Shown here: piece after piece, positions 1 to 12,020 of the stretch
How the letters are laid out: each line of letters opens with the position of its first letter
How positions within the stretch are numbered: position 1 is the first letter of the stretch
DNA from: Azolla caroliniana
Lineage: Eukaryota > Plantae > Polypodiophyta
Assembly: GCA_043228905.1 (NCBI GenBank)
Contig: JBHGNT010000013.1
Span: 3,968,001-4,032,000, forward strand
Direction of reading: 5' to 3'
Length of the DNA: 64,000 nt
Notes under the pieces: model-generated
The model's database searches: none
Seen by the model: only the letters and a program-made list of their open reading frames with translations
Told to the model about the DNA's origin: nothing
Translations under genes and position numbers: made by a program

Positions 1-1267
1 CCCCGGTGGCAAAGATGACGACAGTATAGACCGTAATTGCGCTTGTCGTGGCGAAAGGGTGGCACCTCCATCAAATGGACGTCAAGAATGCCTTCCTACA
101 AGGTGAATTAGAATAGGAGGTTTACATGATACAACCATCCGAAAACTATATGCCGGCTCAAGAAGCCACTCTATGACCTCAAGCAAGCACCGTGTGCTTG
201 GCATTCGAAGATAACACTATATCTTCATCAAATCGGCTTCCGTATGTCAAAATCGGACAACTCTCTCTACATACGAAGCGATTCCGCAAGTCCGATCGTC
301 ATCATCTTATATGTGGATGACCTAGTCATTGGAGGTGAGCATCTCGTCGAAATCAATAAGGTCAAATCCCTCCTTTCCGACAAGTTCGAGATGACGGACA
401 TGAAGGAGCTCCACTACTTCCTCGGCATCAAGGTAATTCGATCTCCGACCGGAATCATGATCTCTCAACAACACTACGTCCTCAACTTGTTATACAAGTT
501 CGGTATGGCTGAGTGCAGATCCGCGGCAACCCCGCTCGATCACAATCTCAAACTGGATGCGAACTCCGGCACCAAAGCGTGTGAGTCGACTCAGTATCGG
601 CAACTCATCGGGAGTCTCATCTAGCTCACGATCACTCGACCCGATCTCAGTTATCCAGTCGGTCTCCTTAGTCAATTCATGCAAACACTGTGTGATACTC
701 ACTTGGATTGCGCTAAGCAAGTTCTACGATACATGAGCGGCACAATGGATTGCGGCATCCTCCACAAGACCGCAATGCCAATACAACCCAAGGGGCACAC
801 AAGACGCCGATTGGACCGGCTACAAAGCTGATAGAAGATCAACCTCCGTATTTATTTTCTCCCTCGGCAGCGGAGCAATATCTTGGAGCAGCAAAAAGCA
901 ACCAAACGTCGCTCTTTCGTGCACAAAGGCAGAATACAGGGGCCTGACAGTGGCCACATGTTAAATAGTATGGCTCAAAAGTATACTCAAGGATCTGGGC
1001 GTAACCATCAAGGATCCGCTTTCCCTTTACTGCGACAACATGAGCAATATCTATCTGGCTTGGAACCCAGTGTTCCACGCGTGGACAAAGCACATCGAAG
1101 TGCTCTATCACTTCATCCAAGAGCGCGTTGTAGCTGGCGATGTCGAACTACAACACATTAGCACCAATCTTCAAATGGCTAACATCTTCACTAAAGCCTT
1201 AGTAGCCAACAAACTGTGGCAATTCATGACCGATTTCGTATTGACCATCCCTGACCTACAAGCTTGA
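1..1267 (+). pseudogene. Ty1/Copia reverse transcriptase-RNase H, degenerate 3' part of pol
   Basis: HQMDVKNAFL, LYVDDL, YFLGI and KHIEVxYHF motifs across frames; stops and frameshifts; ends AGCTTGA followed by GGGGGGAG. Confidence 0.92.
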
Positions 1268-1875
1268 GGGGGAGTACTAAAGACACTACGCAATAACGCA
1301 TGGATTACGCAACCACGCAACGAAGCCGCGAAGAGCCGATCTACCATGCAAAGCCATGAAGAAAGGCGCAAGCCGAAGCACAGACTTCGCAACTACGCAC
1401 AACGCAATCTGGAGCACGGATTCTGCAACTCCGCATAAATGCAAGTCGATGCGGACTCCGGAACGCGAGTCAAAGCGCCACGCATGGACAAAGCACATCG
1501 AAGTGCTCTATCACTTCATCTGAGAGCGCGTTGTAGCTGGTGATGTCGAACTACAACACATTAGCACCAATCTTCAAATGGCTAACATCTTCACTAAAGC
1601 CTTAGGAGCCAACAAGCTGTGGCAATTCATGACCGATCTCAGATTGACGATCCCTGACCTACAAGCTTGAGGGGGAGTACTAAAGACACTACACAATAAC
1701 GCATGGATTTCGCAACCGCGCAACGAAGTCGCGAAGAGCCGATCTACCACGCAAAGCCACGAAGAAAGGCGCAAGCCGAAGCACAAACTTCGCAACTACG
1801 CACAACGCAATCTGGAGCACGGATTCTACAACTCCGCATAAATGCAAGTCGATGCGGACTCCGGAACGCGAGTCG
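1076..1875 (+). repeat. ~400-bp tandem duplication of the Copia RNase H end and 3' UTR
   Basis: CCACGC(G/A)TGGACAAAGCACATCGAAG...CCGGAACGCGAGTC occurs at ~1076-1472 and again at ~1478-1875. Confidence 0.9.
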
Positions 1876-1928
1876 AAGCGGATTTCAGATACCATCTGAA
1901 ACCGACCCGACTTGAGCTTGAGGGGGCG

Positions 1929-2324
1929 TGTTGAGAATCAAGCTCAACTTGGTCTAGTGTGTGAACTCACCTTGAGAGTGAATAGACATTCCAACGGTCA
2001 AGAGTCACCATTATGTCACCTCTTTGTATTCTAACATTTAGTATGAGTCGTAGAATCATATTCTATGACACATAACTTATGAGCTTTCACATTCCCATGC
2101 TCCATGAGTCTTGTAGTTAATGAAGAGAGAGGGTGACTATATAAAGCACCCTCCTCCCACCTTGTATTTTGTCGAGTCTTTCTCCTTTGTTTTGTTAATA
2201 TAATCTACCTTGCGTATACTCTGTGTTTTACTCCTTTTCTCTCTCACACACACTCTCTCTCTCTCATAAACACACACAGTTCACACCTATTCCGCTACAC
2301 AAGAATCATACCCGATTCTTTACA
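1929..2324 (+). mobile_element. Copia 3' LTR
   Basis: Purine tract GAGGGGGCG then TGTTGAGAATC...GATTCTTTACA; TATA-like TATATAAA; homologous to the solo LTR at 41640-42104. Confidence 0.88.
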
Positions 2325-2365
2325 AACCGCCTAGTCGGAAGAGGCAAGCAGAGACAAAGACACCG

Positions 2366-4350
2366 ATGGAGCCACCAATAAGGCCCCTTAAAATCAAGCT
2401 GCGTCGACAGGAACAAGAGCTAGAGCCCTTGGCAACAAAGATCAATATCAGAACCCAAGAGGACGAGGCGGAGGAAGACCCCGCCGATAACCTCCTACGA
2501 CGCCAGAAGCATAGCTATGCGGAGCAGAAAGGGGACAAATCAGGTCCAGTGAAGGATAGCGCACCGACACCCCGTTCCGAAAGACCGGAGCCAAGGAAGG
2601 AGGCGTAACCGGTTCAACCAGAACCGATGAAAGAGTTACCTGTGCGGCAAGAAGCAAGAGTGTCGGTGGTCCAAGAACCAGTAATCGAATTGCCGAACTC
2701 ACCGGGGCAGCAGGCACAACAAGAGCAGGAGTTCTCATTGTAATTAACAATCCAAACAGGGCTTCTGGCGAGAACAAAGGCCACGCCACAACCGGAACTG
2801 GCACAACAACAAGGCACTGACAGTCAATGGCTACGGTGGATTGGCGAATAGGTGGCCAGGGTCGTGGGCCAAATAGAAATGGAGGAGAGAGCACAAGGGT
2901 ACCAGTTGTTTGCCACAACCGAAGAGCTTGAGAAAGCCGGTCAAGGATCCAGAGCATGGAAGAAGAAATTGTGTAGGCCAAAGCAAAGGTGGCTAAGCAG
3001 GTCATAGAAGGACCAATACTACTAGAACCGGTGGCTCCGGCCAATGAACAAACCAATAAGATGTTGGTAACTGAAATAGCACCGGATGCAAATAAGCCAC
3101 AAGAACAAGAACTCGCCACTCTCAGAGAGGAATTAGCAGCCCAAGAGGCCTTAAGGGCTAGAGAACGAAACCTAAAGAAGGCAGCAACGGAGGAACAATA
3201 GAAAACGGCAGAGAAACTCCGAAGAGCCGAGGACAATCTACGGAAGGGTCATCAAGCATATGACCGATTGAAGGAAGAAAAAGAAAAGTTTTTGCAAGAA
3301 AAGGACAAACTCCAGGGATCGGCGGAAGTTGAGATCGAGCGGCTCCAAGAAGAACTCTGGCAACAGAAGGACCACGAGGACCGAGCCCGATGCCAAGTCA
3401 ATTAGAGGTTGAAACAGAAAACGGAGGATTTTGACAGGTTGCACCGGGATCACAATCACCTAGAGGCGGAACACAAGAAATTGATGGTAGAAGGTGACCG
3501 ATAGCAAGAGAAGATGCGGGAACTCTAGGATGAGATCAACAGGACGACAACGGCATTGGCGGAAGAAAGGACCAAGGGAGTTGAAGCGGCAAAGATGTTG
3601 GTAGAAGCGGCGAAGGACAAAATGGAGCTTACCCGGCAACATCATGAGGAGATGGAATGAGCAAAGATGGCTCTAAACAGAGTTTAGACGACTTATCAGA
3701 TGCAACTGATGCAGTATCAGGGACAAGCTAAGGCAACCACGATCCTCATAAAGCAATTAAAGGATGAAAAGAAGGTCATGGAGGAGAAGTCAAAGATGGA
3801 ACTTGGCTGTATTCGAGACATTGTACTGATATGGAGGGACCGGACAAAAAGAGGTTAGTTGAAAAAAGTTCAGTACAGTAATGGTCCAAATGGGCAAAGC
3901 AGGCAGCTGAGTTGCAGGTCGTGCGAGCGGATGCAGAAAAATGGCAAAAGGACGAAGATAACTTCTACACACTGGACACGGAAAACGTTGTGACCATACG
4001 GGAGGAGTTATCAGATGACTTCCTGTCCTTGGTCGGAGAGCAACTGGTGGCGCTAAGCCGGCTGGTGGAACGACTGGATGACGACCAGCTGAATACCCAA
4101 CTTTAGTTTGAGCGATACGAATGGGAGCGGAGATAGCAAATGGTGACTGGAAGAACGACGACAATTAACACTAGTGACGAAGAGCAATCTCAGTAACAGA
4201 TGCCGAATGCAGCCAAAACCGGAGAAAGCCAACCACATGTAATTCAAGTGGAGCAGTTGAACCCGCAAGAGCCAGTGCAAGCCGGACGTTAGGAACAGGA
4301 GGAGCCCGGAAGGGACTGAAGCCGAAAAGGAAGAGCATGCCAGAGAGAAA
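2366..4350 (+). pseudogene. Degenerate E/K/Q-rich coiled-coil ORF of unknown function, probably an accessory retroelement ORF
   Basis: Coding-like purine-rich sequence with fragments such as QEQELATLREELAAQEALRARERNLKK, broken by many stops. Confidence 0.5.
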
Positions 4351-4399
4351 ATATTTATCTTCTCAAAATAACATAATATTTATTAATAACAACTCCCTA

Positions 4400-5735
4400 T
4401 CCTTAATTAAATACCCCTTTCACATTCTGGACTTTAACCGGCCCTTTGGTCTTGCCGACCAACACTAGCTTGATTGTTTTTAGATTCTCTCTTCCAAATT
4501 TTATCTCGGCCGATGTGGCATACTGCATAGCTTCCACTTGCCTTGTGTCTTCCTCTTCCACAATCTTTTTCAGCCCGCCTCTTCCGAAGTTTACTCGTAG
4601 TGGCTTCCGGGTCTCACTCGAGTGGATCATGTTGCTGTCCAAATAAACGACGTTCTTGCGAATCACGTCTTGCAAGTCAGTGCACTCCCTTCATGACTGC
4701 TCCAAGTTGTCGCATCACACACATCTAAATGCTTCTTTTCCCTTGGGCCCGCGACAACCTAAGTTGACCAACAATACCACTTCAAACTTCTTGGAGAGAT
4801 CTTCGAGTATAGATTCCTCCATCACTTTCTTGTTGAAATTATTGATCGGCTTGCTAGGCTCGATTGTCGCAGGCGCCTTCCTCCTCCACGATTGTGGATT
4901 CTCCACATCAGTTTCCTCTAGCCATTATCGATGCTTATCAAGATAGCTAGAGGCCTTCTTCACTACCTCCCATTCCGCTACCAAGCCATTTTGTTGTGTT
5001 TCATCCTCCAAAAGGTTGCCCAATTCTCGTTGGTCATTCGTATCCACCACCTTCAGGAACAACAAGACTTTATCTCCATCGAGAACTCGTTGATTAGCAC
5101 TCAAAAGTCAATTGTACTTCTGGTCGAATTCCGCATATACTCTCGACACACACAAATTCTTCCCTTTCTTCTTGATCCAATCCATTAGCGTATGTTGAGT
5201 CCTCCTTGATGCATCTTCAAGCATGTATTAAGTAAGAAGCGCATATTCGAACGTCGCCTATGTTGCGTGCTCGTTCTGGATCTCCATGACGAGCTCGCAG
5301 ATTCCTGGTTCCACCACATGCTTAAAGCTAGAAATTTGTTTCAAATCATGGACATTCCTCCATTGCATCTCATTCTGATAGGTAGCAAGGAAATTTGTGA
5401 TGTTCTTCCCACCAAATCATCCAGCCATCTCCATTGTTCGATCAACAGCTTTGTCGATTAAAGCCCCCGATCTCTCGCCTTCAGCATGAAATCCATGACG
5501 GACACCATGACTTTTGTAAATTCCTCTCTTTGACTTCCGCTTGTCGAAGCCATTGTCGCAATTGATATCCTGTTGCCGCTTCATTTCACATCGGGTTCAC
5601 CAAATAAAGATGTCGAGGAAATCGTCGCGTGTTCGCAAAATGAAGCGAGACCGCCAAGGTCCTAGACCAGAAAGATTCGATGTTTTTTGTAGCGTAAGCA
5701 AGAAAGTATTGAAGATAGATATATACATGGCGAAA
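4400..5735 (-). mobile_element. Truncated tRNA-Trp-primed Gypsy-type element: LTR remnant, PBS and degenerate gag
   Basis: PBS TGGTGAACCCGATGTGA on the minus strand at 5586-5602; LTR end TGTCG at 5611; gag-like decayed frames with a CCHC-like remnant near 4680-4720. Confidence 0.7.
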
Positions 5736-6632
5736 ATTTTGCATTCGGCATATTTGAAGAAGAAGGTTGTAGGATGTTCTTGTACTAGTTGCCTTCGAGC
5801 TTCAGCGAAATGTGAGCCAGCAATAACAAAGTAGTTGTATTGGTCGTGCTTTCTAACATCGAATTCTTCTACAAAAGCACACTCAATAGGATCAACCATT
5901 ACAATGGATGGCACAACAGTGCCATGGGGATTAATGTTCATCTTTTTCTTTAAGTTCTGTACATGGTGCTTGTGTGGCTCTCTTATCTCAAGTGTTCTTC
6001 TTCTTGTTTTAGCATCGATAGGGCGTCTGTGGATGCAAGTGATGGGGATGTTAAATATCGATCCCTTCCTCACAAGTTTCTTTTGCATGATTTCTCTTTG
6101 AATCTTATTTTGTTCCGATGATAACACACAATAGCCCAGCTCTGCCCCTTGGGTTGCCCACATTTCCTCATCATCTATCGAACTCGAGGACTCAAACATC
6201 GAAATTTTCGTTACTTTCTTTTAGGTAGGCCTTTCTTGGTGCCACCTTTACTAGTGATGGTGATGGTTCTCTTAATGCCATATGGCCTTGGATGTATGGT
6301 CTCAATGTTGTTATTAAATTATTTGATATCTCTAAAGCCACTTTAAAAGACTCAGGGCCACAAGATTCTTTCACCTATCGATCTTTGGACAGATACATCT
6401 TTCTTATTCTCTTTGAAAATTCAACGAGCAATATTAGGTTAGGGGAGTCAGGGTTTTCATAGTCAATTCACAAGACCCAACCATAGGAAAATGGACGTTC
6501 TCTCGCAAGTTGAACCTCACCTTGGGTTCTTGCAATCAATAGGACGATCTTTTTATTCGAGTCAACATATTGTAGTGCCCACTCGTGGTCAATTATATCC
6601 TTGTAAGGAAGGTTATCACTACCCACGACCGT
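5735..6632 (-). pseudogene. ParB/Srx-like domain gene, copy A (part of exon 2, 3'-truncated)
   Basis: NPHGTVVPSIVMVD...YNYFVIAGSHFAEARRQLVQEH aligns with copy B at 59189-59623; DHEWALQYVDSNKK aligns with DKEWCMQYVDSKKK in 59743-60411. Confidence 0.78.
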
Positions 6633-7041
6633 TGTCGTGAAAATACGACAAGGATAAGTGAACTTGAGGCAGGACCTTGGGGCCTCCAACCAGAGGATAC
6701 CACATTGGTGCGTTTATACTTTAAGAATTAATGAAAACGAGAAAATTTAATGAATTTTATTAGTAAAGGAAAAGAAAAACTACAATCTATCCCAAGATTG
6801 GGATTAGAAAAGTTTAGGGTTTCCAAGTTATGGCTTAGATAAGAAATTTAGGGTATTTGAGAGTTATACCTTCCGTTTGGAAAATTAGGGTTTATGGCTC
6901 TTCAGAAAATTAGGGATTTCGGTTTCTATAAGAAAATTAGGATTAGGGTTTCCTCGAGATATAGCTTTCGTAAGGAAATTAGGGTTTCTATGAGAGATAG
7001 CTTCCATAAGGAAATTAGGGTTTAGTGACGGATCTTCACGA

Positions 7042-7340
7042 TTTGCTTTCTGAATTTCTGCGGCAGTGCTCCAGCTGAACACTCAAGGGGCATACCTACT
7101 ACTGCTGGGACGTCCATGGTTGAGGACTGCCCGTATCAAACAGAACTGGCAAAAGAACAATATTACGTTCCGAAGAGGGAAAACGAAAGTAAGAGTACCC
7201 ATGCAACCGCAAGCAGGCCCCGGCAAAGACGTAACCCCACTATATGCCGAAAGCGTGAACATGCTGGCAGGACTAGCCGACGAGGAGGTAGACCACTACC
7301 TTGAAGAAAACCCAAGGATAGTCCCTCTGTTCGAAGTGGA
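7042..7340 (+). pseudogene. Gypsy aspartic protease/linker fragment
   Basis: YLLLLGRPWL motif, typical of the retropepsin C-terminus. Confidence 0.7.
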
Positions 7341-8338
7341 TGTCGTGAAGATCCGTCATTAGGCGCAGATCGTGAGGCGGAACAGCCGGAGTTCTAGACT
7401 GGAAGGATTTGAAGTCGGTACAAGCTTTAGTGAGGAAGTATTTAAGATAGATTGGGAAAGAGAGAAATTGAGAATAAACGCTTGACTTTAGATTGAGAGA
7501 GATTGATTGAACTTTTATGTTTAGATTTAAGAAACAAATTACACGATCAATTCGATAACGAATTTTTCTTCTTCTTAATTTCATAACCAAAAGAGCCTAA
7601 CCCTTTTTCTTTTTCATCGCTTCTTTTATAGATGCTCTCATGCATATGATGTATGTGACGGTACAAGACATGCATAAAATGCATGTGTGCCATTTGGCGC
7701 TCATGTATTACATGTGGTGCATGATAACCATGTCACTCATTTTAGCTCTCATGTATGAGAATTTACATGTAAAACTATAATGATAGAAATATAAATTCAA
7801 CTAAATGTCATGGCTTAGTGGTAAGCCTATTGACTCTTAACTAGGAGGTGCAAGGTTCGAATCCTCACTTGCCCTCCTTGTGTGGTTGCCGGATTCCGTT
7901 GCCGCCGACGGGCCTCGTCAGATGTCGATCGTCGATTACCGTCTAGTTTTGTTTTGGTTGGCCAAAACCAAAACGAGTGGCTAGGCCACCTCCACTCTTA
8001 GTTCAACTTACCTTGAATTGTCTATGCTTCACACATAGACACAAAGATAATAACTTTTTCTCTACCTTATATATGGTGAGAGCCTTATTCGTCCTGTCTA
8101 TGTGGGATATCTCAGAATTTTTCTCTTTTTCTTTCGTAACTTCTTACCCACATAAGTTGACACTTAGATGTCTGTTTCTTATGTAGTAACGTGCATCTCT
8201 TCAAGATCTTCGTCTTTTGTACTAAGATATTAAACTTGCTTAGAATTAATATATTCACTATTATTGTTTTATATGATTGACACTTGATTTTGTACGTTTT
8301 ATGTGATGTTCACACCATTGCCGAAAATCTTCACGACA
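7341..8338 (-). mobile_element. LTR of a related tRNA-Trp family nested in the 6633-9529 LTR
   Basis: Perfect terminal inverted repeat TGTCGTGAAGAT...ATCTTCACGACA; its end is homologous to the start of the 14766 LTR; no matching TSD (TGGA/ACAT). Confidence 0.75.
7804..7875 (+). promoter_or_regulatory. tRNA-like Pol III module (A/B box) within an LTR
   Basis: A box TGGCTTAGTGG at 7811-7821 and B box GGTTCGAATCC at 7854-7864; no convincing full cloverleaf. Confidence 0.7.
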
Positions 8339-8454
8339 ACATGCATGAAGGAACTCCAGTTTCCATCTTCAGTTCAATTGCATGCATCCACATGACCTTT
8401 ACTTTACATAAAGTTTGTCTTTAGTTGCATGTGTTCACATAACATTTACTTTAC

Positions 8455-9215
8455 TTTACTTTACTTTACTTAGTTCGTCGCATGATCCAACCGGTCTGGT
8501 TTCGTTTCTGTCCAGCCCGGTTTTGGTTTCATGACCGTCCGTCAACTCGGTCCGATTCCATCAGGCCTGGCTAGGTCGCTAGTCCAATTTTGGTTCCGTC
8601 GCCGGTTCGCATCCAACCCATCTAGTTTTGGTTCCATCGTCGTCCTTCAGTCCAACCTGGTTTCGTCGCCGTCTGGTCTGGTTCTAGTTTTGTCTTCGAC
8701 CGGTCCTCGTCTGGTTCCATCTTCGTCCGTTCATCGTCCGGTTCCAGTTCGATCGTCGTCCAGTTCTGGTTCCGGTTGTTGGTTGCCAATTCCTGTTCCG
8801 TCCCGGTTCCGAAAACTTAGCCACATCCATCCACCTACTTTACTTTACTTTACTTTACTTTAGTTCGTCGCATGATCCAACCAGTTCGGTTCCGTTTCTG
8901 TCCAGCCCGGTTTCGGTTCCGTGACCGTCCATCAACCCGGTCCGGTTCCGTCTGGCCTGGCTAGGTCGCCAGTCCAGTTTCGGTCCCGTCGCCGGTTCGC
9001 ATCCAACCCATCCAGTTTCGGTTCCGTCGTCATCCTTCAGTCCAGCCCGGTTCCGTCACCGTCTGGTCCGGTTCTAGTTCCGTCTTCGACCGGTCCTCGT
9101 CTGGTTCCGTCATCGTCCGGTTCCAGTTCGATCGCCGTCCAGTTCCGATTCCGGTTGCTGGTTGCCAGATCCTGTTCTGTCACCGGTTCCGACAACTTAG
9201 CCACATCCATCCATC
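8455..9215 (+). repeat. ~390-bp tandem duplication of a CCGGTT/CGTC-rich LTR segment, flanked by (TTTAC)n
   Basis: TTAGTTCGTCGCATGATCCAACC starts at ~8470 and ~8860; the partner LTR has a single related copy at 12220-12690. Confidence 0.85.
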
Positions 9216-11429
9216 TAGACAAAGTGGCCCAAGGTCAACCAATCCTTTTGTGCTCTCAACACGTAGATAAAAACTAATGGTTTTCAATCTCCTTATATAG
9301 CTAGATCCTAAAGTTTCCTATCTATGTGGGATATTTCACAATTTTATTTTCCTTATCTTCTCAAACTTCATATTCACATAACTTGTTATATAGTTATCCA
9401 TTTTATATGTAGGAAAATGCGTATTGAAGCTCGTGAAGATTTCTACCTTTTTATAATAAGCCACTAATCTAATCTGAAATTATTATTTCAATTTTTTTTT
9501 TTACATAGTGTGTGAAGAATCACATGACATTCGCCCTGGCCAAACCTACACATCCACCGGTATGTGCCAATTTTGGTGAGGCTCCACTTTTGATTACTTT
9601 TCTTTTTCATCGATGTACCTAAACCGCCATTGCCATCCGATCCACCATATTCTTTGTTCACTCTTTGCATTTCTAGGACCGGTTGTCATGGCTCTCTCTG
9701 CTCCTCTTGAGCATAATGCTTCACACCTCGTGCACGTGCCACCTTCGTCTCAGCCATCTCCTTGGTCATTGTTCACTCTTGCCTTCCTTGGGTTGATGTC
9801 ATTATTTATATTGTCTTGGTCCTTCTCTTCCTCTTCACCACCATCTGTCTCTTGGGTCTCACGTTGGTTCCCATACGCAACTGCCAAAGTCTCTAGATGA
9901 AGTGTTAGGAAAGCTTCTACATGGCTTTTTACCATCACATCGTTCATATCCATCTTCACCTCAACGTTGTTATTCGCATTGGCTTTAATCTTTGCTTCTT
10001 TGCTACTCTTCGTCTCTTGGGTCTTACATCGGTTAATGCCCAAGTCTCAAGAACTTTTGTGTGGAAAGTCTCTTCATGATCGTCGTCTACCCTCTTCATC
10101 TTGACGTCTCCCTCTTCTTCGCATGTGTTAGCTTCAGCCTTCATTTCCTTGACGCCACCTTCCATCTCTTGGGTCTCTCGTTTGCTTACCGACGCAACAG
10201 CCCAAGTCTCTGGAACAAGTGTCGAGAAAGTCTCGACACGGCCATCCGTCATTGACTTGTCCATAGCTACCTCTGACTCGATGTCATTTTTCGTGGCTAT
10301 CTACTCAATCATGTCGGCCTCACACTTTTTATTTCCCTTAATTATGCAAGCTTTGCTCATGCTTGCACCTTCATCACATGATGTTTCAGAGACGATGCGT
10401 GTTCCGAAACATTTGTCCCCGCTTGAAGTGGCATTCGCCACCCTCGATTCATTGGTTTCATTCTTCATTATTGTTTCTTTGCAAGACGAGAAGGCGTCTT
10501 GTTCCAAATCTTCTCCCATGGTGTGGTCATACCGAACTTGGGCCTTCATATTCGCCGTATCATTACTCCACCTTTGTTGGGAGGTCTCTTCTTCCTTAAT
10601 CACCATTTTAATCGGTTTTGGTTCTATTATAAGATTCTCGTTGGGCTCGACTTGCACCTTTAAATTCTCATATGCCTCGTTTATGAAGGCCTCTATGTCG
10701 AGTACCATCAAACCTTCTCTCTTCAAGCTCTCTTCATTAGGTGGTAGTTTGTGGTTGCTTCCTATCCTCCTTTCACCATCGGTTGTGGGTTGTGTTATTG
10801 TCGATGATAATCTTGTCTTCCTCTTATCATGTAGTCAACATTCTCTTTCCACTTTCATCCAATCCTCGGTGAGGCAATTTGCACCATTGTCATCCTCAAG
10901 TCGGATTCCAAGGGCCTTCCTCTCCTTCAAATCTATTGATTTCATGAAGATTAGGACTTTATCCACCCCCACTAATCTTCGATCCCGCTCCCGAGAGTTG
11001 TGTGAAGCAACACTCGAACTCAACGAAAGCATGCATGGCACTTTGGTGAGTCTTTAATGGTGATACCCATTGGTCAAATTCATATTGATCATCTCTTTGG
11101 CGCTTTGTATCTATATGCCTCCATGAGATATCCTCCTGCCACCTCGTTTCACATCGGGTTCACCAAAGATGTCGCAAAAATACGACAAGGATATGTGAAC
11201 CTGAGGTAGGACCCCGGGGCCTTCGACTAGAGGATACCAGATTCGTGCGTTTATACTTTAAGAATTAACGAAAACGAGAAAATTCATGCATTTATACTTT
11301 AAGAATTAACGAAAACGAGAAAATTCATGCATTTATACTTTAAGAATTAACGAAAACGAGGAAATTTACTAAATTTTATTAGTAAAGGAAAAGAAAAATT
11401 ACAATCTATCCCAAGATTGGGATTAGAAA

Positions 11430-12020
11430 AGCTCAGGGTTTCCAAGTTATGGCTTAGATAAGAAATTAAGGGTATTTGAGAGATATAACTTCCGTATGGA
11501 AAATTAGGGTTTATGGTTGTTCAGAAAATTAGGAATTAAGAAAATTAGGATTAGGGTTTCCTCGAGAGATAGCTTTTGTAAGTACATTAGGGTTTTTGTG
11601 AGAGATAACTTCCGTAAGGAAATTAGGGTTTACGTGAGAGATAAGAAATTTAGGGTATTTGAGAGATATAGCTTGCGTATGGAAAATTAGGGTTTATGGC
11701 TCTTCAAAAAATTAGGGATTTTGGCTTCTATAAGAAAATTAGGATTAGGGTTTCCTCGAGAGATAGCTTCCATAAGGAAATTAGGGTTTCTGTGAGAGGT
11801 AACTTCTGTAAGGAAATTAGGAATTACGTGAGAGATAGCTTCCGTAAGGAAATTAGGGTTGACGTGAGAGATAGGTTCCGTAAGGAAATTAAGGTTTATG
11901 TTTTCGATCAGAAAATTATGGGTTTTTGAGAGATATGGCTTCCGTAAGGAAATTAGGGTTTTTGGCTTCCGTAAAGAAGTTAGGAGTTTTTCCTTCCATA
12001 AAGAAATTAGGGTTTTCTTA
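11430..12020 (+). repeat. Telo-box-rich minisatellite in an LTR (also 6810-7025)
   Basis: Repeated ~40-bp unit GAGAGATAGCTTCCGTAAGGAAATTAGGGTTT containing TTAGGGTTT (AAACCCTAA on the minus strand). Confidence 0.85.

Noticed and set aside
7804-7875. Functional tRNA genes (also 14852-14960, 21124-21190)
   Set aside because: A/B boxes are present but acceptor and anticodon stems do not pair convincingly, and all lie inside LTRs.
10101-11057. 318-aa plus-strand ORF as a host gene
   Set aside because: It is the antisense shadow of the decayed gag-like region; Ser-rich with no motifs.
11430-12020. Telomere or interstitial telomeric array
   Set aside because: TTAGGG motifs are embedded singly in ~40-bp LTR units, not as tandem TTTAGGG.
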